A stretch of 62,486 bases of DNA, the filler included, from Atractiella rhizophila (taxonomy: Eukaryota): assembly GCA_021432655.1 (NCBI GenBank). It is 4 parts of 4 records of this genome, joined end to end, with 100 filler letters (N's around TTAATTAATTAA, not from the genome) between each part and the next. Parts side by side here need not be neighbours in the genome. Positions count along the whole stretch, not along the records: positions 1 to 24,031 come from MU271795.1; positions 24,132 to 48,089 come from MU271796.1; 2 more parts are not named here. One strand, 5' to 3'. This document shows, in pieces, positions 12,946 through 24,576 of the stretch. The translations under genes and the position numbers were made by a program. The notes beneath the pieces were generated by a model. The model saw nothing but the letters and a program-made list of their open reading frames with translations, had not been told where the DNA came from and did not search any database. Numbering within the stretch: the first letter of the stretch is position 1; each line of letters begins with the position of its first letter.

Positions 12946-15498
12946 TTACACCTCTACGCCAAACTGAAGAGCTTGCATCTGAGCCTGAGCAGCGGCATTG
13001 ATGAGATCCTCTTCATCAGAATCGTCCTCCCCTTCCTCCTCTTCATTATCAGATTCGTATTCCTTCTCAAAGACCTTTCACGACGGTCAGATTTCTTGGC
13101 TCAGTGGAAAGACGGAAGGGAGAACAGCCACGCACCAGGTTTCTTGCAAAGCATCTCAGATCTAAACTATCAACATGAGCTTCATCCAGCTCATGGGTCT
13201 CCTTTAAAGTTATCTTCTTGAGCGTAGGAAACGGTTCGTCCGGCTCTCGGAAGAGGAACGATTCCAGCTCCTTCAAGGGAATCCATCAGAAAAGGTGGAC
13301 TGAGAAAGGAATATGCTCACATGTGCGTCCTCCTCCGTACCCATCTCTCCAAGCAACAGCACTTCAATCGGGCTGCCTATGAAGCGTTTCGCCCAAACGA
13401 GTCCGAGCGCATTATCCCAGTCGAACATCCACAGGTGCTTCAAACGATACGGCTTCCCCGCTCCATTCTCCTTTTCTCCCAAATGCTCCTCATCTGGTAC
13501 TCCGACCAGTCTGAGGATCCTCAACTCCTTCGTCAAACTCAACAATGTATCCAGTCCCTTCATACCGACTCCAGGACAAGCATGAAGTTCGAGTGTGGTC
13601 AACCGGCTCTCCAACTGAGGAGTGTTGATCGACTTCAGCCGATTCGGGAGCTCAACGAGCCACGAGTCTACGATGGGTGCGACGCCAACAAGGGTCATAT
13701 CATACAGCTTGGGCATACCAAACCAGATCAGCTCCATCAACTGATTCCGACGTTCCGAACTGGAATCGTGCTCAACAACGCTGATGAAAAGATGCTTCAT
13801 GTCCGCCTTCCAATGCTCGAGCCATTCCGTCATTTCACTTTCCGAGACACCATCGAGTCCCAGGTCAAGGGTCAGACCAAACATTTGGATCAACTTTTGA
13901 TCATCACTTCCCCGAAGTTCTCGCCATCCCTCATCCAGCATATAGTCCGGGAACGTGTCGTCTTCTTCATCAGGAGCGTGCAATCCGAGGGCGGTGAGCT
14001 TCTTCCCTTTGAGAGCTTCGAGTATTGGCCGGACATATTGCCACTTGTTCGACTTCCTCGGCGACACCACATCCACATCACATTCTTCGAGCCTGGGCAG
14101 TTGCTTGATGATTTCGACCATGAGATCTGTCCGAGGAGCCTCCTCGTATCCGAGCGGAGAAACAGCAGTCGCGTAATCAAAGACGTTTTCTAATGCATCA
14201 GAATTGAAGTTCGCCAGCAGCGTCACTCTCAACCAAAGACGACGGACAAAGCTAGACCGTGGCGGTGTCAGGAATTTGAGAAAGTTTTCGACCTTCTCGT
14301 TCGTCCATCCATCGAGATCAAAATCCTATCGAGACGACGATAAGCAAGCCGCTTTGCCACTGTAAACATGTGGAATCAATTTAGGGGAACAAGTAGAAAA
14401 CTTCTGGATGCATAAGGTAGGCAATAGCTCATGGTGCTAAATTGTCAAGCTTTCCATTGATAGACACGAGCCTCTTCAGGCTTGTCTCCAACATGTAAAG
14501 AGAATTGAAGTTCTTCGTGAGTACGAGGAGGTAACCCTCATCGCCCCGAGGAGCATGTCCGTCCGTCCTTCTCAAGCCTCGATGTTCGTTATTGAGGTCA
14601 CTATGGGTGATCCAGACAATCCAGACTATTTGGGACATTTGGAAATGCAAGAAATCCAAACGATTCAGAATCCAGGCAAGCGTTTATCACAGGAGAGACA
14701 ATATTTGGTCCACCTTAATTCTTTCTTGCTTTGTCAAAGCGAGCAAGCAAGGAATCACAGGTAGCCTAGACAAGGATCCTTGAGGTACCTATTGGACAGG
14801 GAAAGGAAGCAAATAAAAACCAGGCAAGAGAGTAGCTCTCGTATTATTCATGAATAGTCACGTCTCTCGAAGTGATCAATGGATCGATTTCGAATTGGAA
14901 GGGAAATCATTACTTGAGAAAGGTCTCATGTATCCGATCCAAACAACGAGCTCCGTTCTAGATAAAGAAAAGCAGGAGAACGGGAAGAGCGTACCTCCCA
15001 CAACCACTCCCTAGCCATCTCATTCCACTCCCACGAACAAGCGCTCAACCGTCTGAGCGTGCTCCATCCCTTCATCTTCTGCACCTCTCCCCGACCATCC
15101 TCCTCAACTCCATCTCCATCCCCATCTTCTGCTTCTTCTTCTTCTTCCTCCTCCTCTTCATCCACCCACTCCTCCTCCTCCTCCTTTTCCTTCCCTTTCC
15201 CTTTATCCTTCCCCTTCCCTCCTTCCGCATCAGAAATTGGGAGACGAATGGGCTCGCACTCCCTTCCGTCCATCACGTCGAGGTCTATCTCGTGACACAT
15301 CCATACTATGTGCCTCTTGAGCTCCGGAGGCAGGCCAGAAAGGGTGGGAGTAGGCCCATTGGGTCGATCTCGATCAGCAGATGCTGGGATGGGTTGAGAG
15401 AGGGGAGAAGGGACAAGTGGCGGAGGAGGACGTGGTTTGGTGGGTGACTTGGATGAGGGTTTGGAGGGAGACGGCGGCAGAGGGCGAGAGAAGAACAT
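12946..15498 (-). CDS. F-box-like protein with LRR/RNI-like C-terminal region
   Basis: LSGLPPELKRHIVWMC ... LRRLSACSWEWNEMAREWLWE; 669-nt intron 14326-14994; then LxxLxL repeats (LPRLEECDV, LTALGLH, LTTLELHACP, LRILRLVG, LKHLWM); acidic tail; TAA 12946-12948. Confidence 0.72.
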
Positions 15499-15742
15499 CG
15501 ATCGTAAAGCAGAGCAAAATATCAGCAGCAATAAAATAAGATAAATAATGCGATCTGCTTAGAACTAGAAGCGAACTAGAGGAAGTCAAGGTCGGGTTCT
15601 CGTGTGCCGATCTCCCCGATTCTCCTCCTCCTTGCCGCAACTGTTCGTACGCCTTGTTAGCTTAACAGGTAAGTCAACATTTGCTTTATATCCGCCTTTC
15701 ACGCTCACCCAAATTCAGCAACAGCAGACAATCCAAACAACC

Positions 15743-17710
15743 ATGGTCCACCTCCTCTTCCATCCACAGCCCGCGACGCTGCTCCCTTCCTCCTCCAACT
15801 CCTCCAGCAACACCTCCTCGTCCTCCCTTCCTCCATCCTCCAAAAGCACCACGTCTCCCGACGAAACCCTCACTCTGCGCTCCCACGTCCTCTCCCGCTG
15901 TCCGCTCCTCACCCAATCCAACTTCAAACCATCCCTCCTCCTTCCCAACGGCCACTTCCAGACCCTCTACTCTGCCTTCTTCCGTCCCGCGACCACCGAC
16001 CTCGTCGCTTACCGTCGGACTATCTTACAGGTCCCGCAGGCGCCGGGACAGGAGGGAACGGGGCAGGTAGCCCTGGATTTCGCGCTGCCTCATCCTCCTT
16101 CCTCGTCCGCTTCTCACCCAGAAGGAAATAAAGAAGGCGGGGATGAGCATGGGGGATATGATCCGGATACTCCAATTCTTGTCATGCTCCATGGATTGAG
16201 TGGGAACAGTGGAGAGACGTACATAAGGGACGTAGTGGTGAAGATGAGGCAACGGTGGCGGTGTGTCGTCTTGCACGCCAGAGGCTGTATGTCCTCTCTC
16301 TCCGTCACACTATGAGATGCTGAATGGAAAATCATGTCACATAGGCGGAGGGACCAAGATCACAAACCAGCAATTCTTCCAGTTCGTCACTCTCTCCTCC
16401 TCTTCTTCCCCACTCACGCAAAACGAAACAACGCAGCGGGGGATACACACTCGACTTGGTTCGTCCCCATCGTCTCCCTCTCTCTCAGCCCTTTCCAACA
16501 ATAAAGAGAACAGAGATGCACACTCCTCTACCTCCGTTCGCTCTACCCCTCCGCTCCGCTCTACGCCATCGGTTTCTCTCTCGGATCCAACATCCTTATC
16601 CAATACCTCGAGACCGAAGACAGGACATCGAGAGGGAGCGGACTGCGAGCTGCTGTAGGGTGTGTCTGTCCTCTCCTCTCCTTTTCATCTCTCCTCTTTA
16701 CGCACCGATCTAATGGCTTGTTTCCTGCGATGTCAGACTGGCTGTCCCTTGGGATTTTCTTGAAGGCGCAAAATACCTGCAAGCGACCTGGATGCGCAGG
16801 GTGTACAGTCAAGCCATGGGTGAGAACCTTCGGTTCGTCTTCCCTCTCCTCCCCTTTACTTTCCCTCTCTCCTTCTCTTTTACATCGTCATGCCTTAACT
16901 GCTCCCACCTGCTGAGAGTTGATCGAGCGTTGAGTTGCTGGCCCATTGCTTTTGTGGAGTGCTCATAGCCCTCCACATAAGAATGTCTGATTCCTCCTCC
17001 GGATGGTTCTTAAATGTCACCATTCGGTCGTAGCTCGTTTAAATGTTATCTTTCAGTCTCAACTAGTCAAATACTGATGCGTCAGTATTTACTAGACATC
17101 TGATCCTACAAAACGAAGAATCATTCCTTAACGACAAGCGAATCGACATCAAAGCCCTCCGAACAAAGAAGATGAGCCGGCTCGGAGAGTTCGACGCTCT
17201 CGTCACCGCACCACTCGGAAACTTTGTCCGTCCCTCCTTCCTTCACCCCATCCCATCCCAACCGTGCTAACCTGTGTCCCGTCGTAGGCCACGCCAGAAG
17301 ACTACTACGTCTCCGTCACGTCCAACCGCGACCTCCACGTCGTCCGCACACCCCTCCTGACCCTCAATTCGATGGACGACCCTGTCTGTCCTCCCCATTG
17401 CGTACCTAACGAAGCCTCCTCCTTGTCCCCGTATACGATCGTCGGCACGACGCCCCACGGTGGCCATCTGGGGTGGTGGGAAGGCTGGGGAGTGAGGTGG
17501 AGCGGAAAGGTCGCCGCGGAGTTCCTTGAGGCCATGAAGGAGGTCGAGTATGCAAGAAAGGAGGACGAAGGAGTGCTTGTCGCCGTTGAGGGGGATGATG
17601 GGTGGATTTATGAGGAGGGCAGGAAAGAGATTGGTTTTAAGGTTGTTTACGAAGGAGAAGAGGAAAAGAGGGGGACTGGAGAGCAGGAGGGAATTGTTGG
17701 TGGCCTTTAA
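15743..17710 (+). CDS. Alpha/beta hydrolase, YheT/EHT1-EEB1/ABHD1-3 family
   Basis: NGHFQTLY, ILVMLHGLSGNSGETYIR, HARG, nucleophile AIGFSLGSN, NSMDDPV (Asp), GGHLGW (His). Probable 5'-UTR intron GTAAGT at ~15669-15718. Confidence 0.92.
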
Positions 17711-19319
17711 GTGCAGAAGCATGGACATTTGTGACATTCAATGGGTGCCTTATCTTAGATACTTAGATGATACTCAATAGAACTCTCTATAGACAACATT
17801 CTAAGCTGCTAGTGCCTGGTATTTTACAGTGTCTGACAAAGGTATGAAATAGTAACTTTAATGAATGCTGTTAGCTAACCGTGCAGTACATGAAGTGATC
17901 CAGTCAAGGCTATTTGTGGAGTGTCAGCTCAAGATCTTCCTGGTAACCATGGTACACCAGTAAAAGGGATGATGTTTGTAGTAAACCGCGAGAGCATAAC
18001 ACGAAAGGCGAATGACAGCATCAAGAAAACACATTTGTCCACTGAGATGCCTTTTCGCTGAGTTCCAGACCGATCTTCCCTGTGAACGTCGTGGTGGTAA
18101 GAACTAAGAAGTCAAGGAACGCCTCAATATTGACCTTCACAAAATTCCCACGCATTTCTTGCTCTGCTAGTAGGCAGGTGAGTTTTTCCTCTGTCCATAC
18201 TCGTAACATATGTTAGGCTTCCCGAACCGTTGCGACTAAGACGTATTCTTGAAGCGTTGGAATTTCGCTCTGATTTTCAAGAGGCTGAAGGTAGGATGGT
18301 AAGTCGGCCATCTGGACTAGCCCTAGGGTGATAACCCACTCTCAGTATTGGTTTTGGTCACTGAAAATTTGATGGGTTCGAACAATGCCGCACAGCAGAG
18401 AGAAAAGACGTTGAGGAAGCAGGCTTGGTTCAGCTCACGATGCGCAGAGTTGATATGATGAACTAAGCCAAAATGATAACGGAAGGCCTTCAGCAGGTAG
18501 CTTAGGTCGCCTTCCTATGTGGCTACTCGAAAGCTTGATGCGACACGCGAGCTTTCCGAACTGATGCAATTGTTTAGCTGAACGAATGCTGATTGCGAAA
18601 AGAGCCAGAAGACGGTACTTTGACCAATCTTAACCAGGTTAACCCATTGCCCATGGATATGTACTCGTTTAGAAGATTTCGGTAGAACCGTGATCCACAT
18701 CCAGTACCAGCGAAAGTGCCCAATCGCGAGGAGGTTCAGACAATACCTGGGTAAAATCTGTTCGAACGAGAAGCTTTTTGCATTTCTTTGACCCTGTGCT
18801 CTATAACAAACGGTTAAAATGCATCGCAACTCCTTCAAATCAAACGAACATCGTGGCACTGAAACGACAAGAGATGTTGAAGACGAGATTGCGTCGCAGC
18901 TTGTGATCACCCATTTGACACTTCTGCTGCTGAGTTGGGAACAAGATAATTACGTGACCAACTACTTCGGTGAGCTAGAGTAACCCTGAACCCTTCGATT
19001 CGATGGATTTGATGAAGGATTCCCGACCAAAGACCTCAGGATATGCAAAAAAAAAACTGTGAAAACTCTGAATTCTGCGAGTGTCTTCGTCTCAGTCTTC
19101 GTCTAGAATGAGATAACAAGACTCGGGATTGGTTCGATTCGAGGCCACGAACAGCCACCAATGCTCGCCAGTATGAATGTAAAATGCCCATTTCGCCTAG
19201 AATGCTAACCATCGTCTCCATCAAAGATCTATCCATAAACGCCGTCTGGCGAATAATGCTAGGCGACGAACCCACACTTCTCCTTTGTTCTGGGACTAAA
19301 ACTCGTCTCCGTCCTCTAG

Positions 19320-20771
19320 CCGTCGCTCAGCCGTATGCAGGTCCAACCAGTTCAGATGTCATTCGAGCGTCATAAAGCGTGGCAGTTCCCATTCCGCGCA
19401 ACCTGAGCTTCCCTGATACCCCAGAATGCCCCTTTCCGCGCCCTAATTTCAACTGGAGATCGCAGAAAACGCCCTTGCATTCCTTCCACGTCCTGATTGG
19501 ACTTTCTGGCCGCAAAGGCTCTCGTATTTTCCTATGAAGACGTTGGATTCGAGTGCGGTGCCAGTGCATGAGTTCTTTCGAACTTGAAATCCTTCAGCAG
19601 CCTCTCCAAGGTGTGTATTAGCCTGTCTTGATTGCGCCACGATCTTGGCCAATGTTTGACTCTGCGCCAGTCTCCAAAAAAATGCACCAAATTATGGTTT
19701 ACTGATATCGAATGAGTAGCTCGTCAGACTGGCTTCGGAGAGAAGGATAGGAGGCCAGTTGACCCTCCCCCCGTTGTAATCGTCAGGATGAAAGATGAGA
19801 AGGGAAATGTGCTACCCGACAAGTTTGTGTTCCTCGTGTGCCTCATCAGTCGTTCCCCATTCGCCTTCCCAATTCACTACAAGCTCTGCTGACAGAAGCA
19901 TTTTTGTCTAGCACCGTTGAAAGTGATACCCTCTTCTGTCATGCTGAGCTCTTCAGTCCACCCGCCTCGCCTTCTGGTTCGACAGAAGGCTCAAGCTCCA
20001 GTACTGGGTCAGAGCCTCAGCAACAAAACCACATATTGCCTCCTACTTCTGCAGCAGCACGAACCAACGATGCGCCACAACGACCTATCAAAAACTTTCT
20101 AGGGAGCCTCACAGTACCGGGGAAACGATTGAAGGACGCATATGGAGAATACGGCTTCATGTTCGTTTTGTGAGCATTGTCTCCTTCCAATCTAGTTTGG
20201 TTACTCATCTGTGCTTCCTTAAAATGAAAGCTCTGATCTAGCGGTGCGAGCAGAAGGCGTGTTTTCTATCCGCTTCACTTTGGTTGACCTTTCAACGTGA
20301 TCTACAACTCGAGATCACTCATTTGCCCTGCTCAAAACTCCTGAGGGGAACAGGGCGGAAAAGAACGGCGTCCATCCTCCACTGTCCAGGGTACATTCGC
20401 AAGCATTCAGGGTATTCTCTCATCTCACTTTTCCCGGAATGAAAAGCTCGACTCGTTCGTCCTTCCTTTCTCTGCAATGGAAATCTAATCTAACGATGTG
20501 TTCATTCCACTCATACAGCCCTCACAAAGGTTCGTCCTTTAAATTTTGGGATCGTTCGTCCATTTTGGGGGTGTAGGCACTGGCGAAACAAGGTGTGAAG
20601 CTGATAATCAGGCGAAATTCTGGCGGTAGGCAAGGGAAAAGCGCAAAACAGAAATCGACAACTGTTGATGGACTGGAGGAAGGGGATGATGTGGACGAAG
20701 AAGCATTGGATGACGATGAAGAGGAAGGAATTGAAGAGGAAGAGGAAGGCGATGGGGAGAGGGTCGATTGA
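19320..20771 (+). CDS. Velvet-domain protein (first exon(s) unresolved, possibly from ATG ~19043)
   Basis: Spliced QPYA|ARQTGFGEKDRRPVDPPPVV, LFCHAELF, KNFLGSLTVPG, GFMFV, DLAVRAEGVFSIRFTLVDL, FRVFSSHFFPGM, LAKQGVKLIIRR, acidic tail; TGA 20769-20771. Confidence 0.88.
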
Positions 20772-21115
20772 GCCAAATAAGTAAACGAGTGTGTTACCGA
20801 GTGGATTTTGTTTACCGTCTTTACCTCATCCTTCGAGATTTTTGTACTACCAAGTTTTGTCTTACGATCAGTAATTTCAAGTTTAACGTCCGACCGAACA
20901 AACATCTGAACACTTGACAATGATATATCCCTCTACAAGACTGTTCTCGCCTTCCGTTTGGCAATGTACGCTCTGTAATGATGAAGTGCTTCAGCTCCTT
21001 ACTGCAACATCCGCCATACAAGTTACCTCAATAACTTGGTCCGTCATATTTTGAGGATGCGACATTACATTGATGATACTTTTATCTATCTCAGTCTCCT
21101 TCGCACTCAGTAAAC

Positions 21116-23822
21116 TAACGGTCCTTCTTACTCTCTCCCTTCTCGTCCTTCAATTCCATCGCTTCCTTAGAACCCTCACCAACTTGTCCAAACTCGTTCG
21201 CCCTAGTGTAATCCACTTTGTAGATGAAGGATTGGTATATCAAACTTTCCCGCAGATTAGTTCAAATGTTCAAGATGTCGAAATAGAGACGTACATAAGG
21301 AAGACAATGTCATCTCGAAAGCAAGCTAGCCGGTGTAGAAGCGGCATTTTGATGACGAAACTGAAGACTGCACCCCAAGAGACACATTCCAGATCCAGGC
21401 CTCGAACAATTGCGAGGAGCAAAACTTACAGTCGTCTACGATTGTGTTGAGGAATTTGTATGTAAAAGTTCTCATTGGCATATGTGCCACAGATTTGAGT
21501 TTATAGTTGATGATTAACTGTGGAATAAGCCTTTTCAAGTGCTGCTGTGAGCAACGCAGGTAAACTGGAAAGGGAAACATACTGCACAAAGCCAAAGGCA
21601 TAGACGTAGGAAGTAAGTGTCGAAATGATGAACGAGTACCTGCAACACGCATGATGTGAATTCCCTTCCGCATAGAGGTAAAGTGAATAACGAACCATCC
21701 CCTGTGCGATTCTGCAATGAGCGAATAGATGGTATATCCGACCAAAGCCGGTCCTGCCACCCACGACACATACTTGAACGCGAGGGCATCATACTCTTGA
21801 GTCTTCTTTTCCTCTTCACTCAGGACGTGTCGGTCTTGTATGTCCAGCTTCCATGGTAGCACGGAGCCAGGAGGAGAAGGTACAACCTTGATTGAAACGG
21901 CTTTGGTGATCTTCCATGCTTCGATGACGAGTCCGAAGCCTTGCCCACTGGACGACATTTAGTAAGCTCACTAAATGAATAGAAGAGGCGAACGCAAGAA
22001 TCATCCAAGACGTGTTCTCGTTGTTGTCCACAAGATAGAGCAGGATGATCAGTCTGGTCGCGTGTCAATCAATCCAATTCCTAAACTGCAGAGGTGGAGA
22101 CACCCACTGCACAACGACGTTTGTGATAATCGTCCGGACGGACACACCAACAAGCTCCTTCTTATTCCTCCAGTGCACAATATCTATCCCAAACAATGCC
22201 TTGTGACTTTTGCCGACCTGGGTAATTCAGAACATACCATTCTTGAACGCCAAGAATTCAAACCTTTCCAGTCTTAATGTCAATAATGCTCAATGAGGAC
22301 AGTAGAACTTACAAAGAATGCAAGATACTGACGACAATAGTAGTCCCGAGCAAGAGTGGGTTGGTCTCGATCAACATTCGTTTGATCTCGTCCAGTTCAC
22401 TCGTGCCACTTGATGACTGCTCGGCTTGTCGATCGAAAGACTCCTGAAAAGACGCATACATCTATCACCGGACAGGTAAAGATCAACTCTCTGTCTTTTT
22501 GCTCGGGTATTGTTATGATGTACCTGAAACTTGAACCAAGAAGTGGGATGCACCGTGATCCTCAAAGGGAGCTCACTAGAACCCATTTCCGGCATCAATG
22601 TTTAAGCATTGAAGAAGTGATAAAGGGACACACGAGATAGTCTCATTGATAGGTTCCATAGCACCTTTCATAAGCCAAAAATCGTTCGGGAACACGATGG
22701 GGTAGTATTCTTTCCTCAGTGCTCCTTCGGGAGCAGGAACGACAGATACGTCTTCACCGGAGGGTTTAATGACCTTCCCGAGGAAAGAATGGAGGACTAA
22801 CGGCGGCTCAGAATCGCCGGCAGGGAGTAGAGGTCTAACATATTAGCTTCGGAGACGAGTGCGAGAGTCAGGTTGGGGTGATAATAACTGATGATCGGCG
22901 GCGGTCCCTGGGATTCTTCCTTCGCTTCCAGTCAAAATCTCGCTCCGAGTGTAGAAAAAAATTGTCCCACCTCCATCTCCTCTTCCTTCTCAGTCCCAGA
23001 AAGCAGATTATGCGTCTTCCTCTCCCGCTTCAAGGGATGGAAGCGTGTGAGCAACTTTTGCCGAAATGAAACATCCGATGGTTGCCAGGCTGGAGCTCCC
23101 GTAGGTGTAGTGTGGAGAGGTATCCCATTACGGACGAGGTAGATGTCGAGGGAAAGGGAGGAGTTGTGTTGGACAGACTGTTTTGAGAAAAGAGTTAGAG
23201 CTGAATGGAACAGGTCCGTCTACATCTAACGGGAGGAGGAAACGACAAGAAGGTACATAAAACGGGAAGTCTTTTCAACAAGCTCTATCAGTATCCGTCT
23301 TGGATATTACAAGCGTAAACCAAGAAGGAGTAGGCGAAACTGAAGAAGAAAGTGCATGTTTTCGCGCACAGCAAGATGAATACGGCCATCACCACGCAGC
23401 ACACAGGCCGTGATGAAACCGGGTGAACCTTTGAAAGGAACATGGTTCAGGGCAGCCAATTTCAAGAGGTCGAAAGCACAGATGCAACGCTATCAGAACA
23501 CGCAAAAACATGCAAAAACTCTGCACTGTTGGAGAGCACGATACTAGCTAAGGATCACTAGGATAGATGGTGGTGCTTTGGGTCTTTAATAAAAGTTGCG
23601 TGGCGACTCTCAGTCGACCAAAAAAGGTGTAGCTCCACCTTCTTTCTCCCTCTTCGTCAGGAACAAAGGACGTTCGAATTTGCGAGAAAAAGGAAATCTC
23701 TCAAGTGCAGTACAATGCCAGGGTTCTGAATAGATAGACCTGAGGCGTCTCAATGCTCTAGTAATTAGGACGATGTTAGAGTGCCCGAAAAGTAAAATGC
23801 AATACGAGGCGGGACCCTCCAT
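21116..23822 (-). CDS. CLPTM1/CLPTM1L family membrane protein (ends approximate)
   Basis: EFLAFKN, GLVIEAWKITKAV, TQEYDALAFKY, PQLIINYKLKSVAHMP, YKFLNTIVDD, IKMPLLHRLACFRDDIVFL, YKVDYTRANEFGQ. Confidence 0.93.
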
Positions 23823-24031
23823 GTTTCACCTCTCCGCCTGGTCTTTAAAATTTCCCAACCTCCAATGGAAAAATTTGCTGCGTTCTCGAATGCGAACGAG
23901 GACATGATTCACCTCAGTTACAAAAGAGAATGAAGACACCACTTTTCGACGTCATCCCTCACTCCCGCGATTCATTCATTGCGTCATTGAAAGTCTATAT
24001 TCTCCTCTTTCTAAGAGAAATTTACGGCGGC

Positions 24032-24130
24032 NNNNNNNNNNNNNNNNNNNNNNNNNNNNNNNNNNNNNNNNNNNNTTAATTAATTAANNNNNNNNNNNNN
24101 NNNNNNNNNNNNNNNNNNNNNNNNNNNNNN
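24032..24130. other. Artificial contig linker
   Basis: N run, TTAATTAATTAA (stops in all six frames), N run. Confidence 0.98.
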
Positions 24131-24576
24131 NAAAAATCGAGGTATTTGATACATTCTTCCTTTCTGTTTCCGCTTTGATGATAAACAGTCTGTTGTCTTC
24201 TTTTGAACAAGCTACAGCGGCAGGGAAGTAAACTGATGCCCAAAACACAATTCTCTTTCTTTTACTTTCACGCAATCAGTCAGGCAATCCATCAATCAAT
24301 CAGTCAGGGATCTCAAATCAAAAAGCGAAGGAATAACTTTCCCAGTTGAAGGGGAACTATGGTCTTAATGCCGAGAAACTGAAATTTGCGAACCAAACCA
24401 TGAATGGTAAGAATGTAGATCAGAATAAACCGAGAGGGAATCTCAAGCCAAATGGGGTGGAACAATCCAACTCAACAGAACAGATGCAGGCAGTCGTGAG
24501 GTGAGAAAGTTGACATGAACAAGGTCGTAATGTTGGCGGGATGACGGATGATGAGATAGACAGCGTCATGTGATGG

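Noticed and set aside
13321..14193. 290-aa plus-strand ORF
   Set aside because: Antisense shadow of the F-box/LRR exon; no recognisable domain.
17950..18950. Patchy minus-strand open frames suggesting a transposon or gene relic
   Set aside because: No recognisable domain, terminal repeat or target-site duplication.
24076..24087. Palindromic TTAATTAATTAA present three times
   Set aside because: Always embedded in N runs; it is an artificial all-frame-stop linker.
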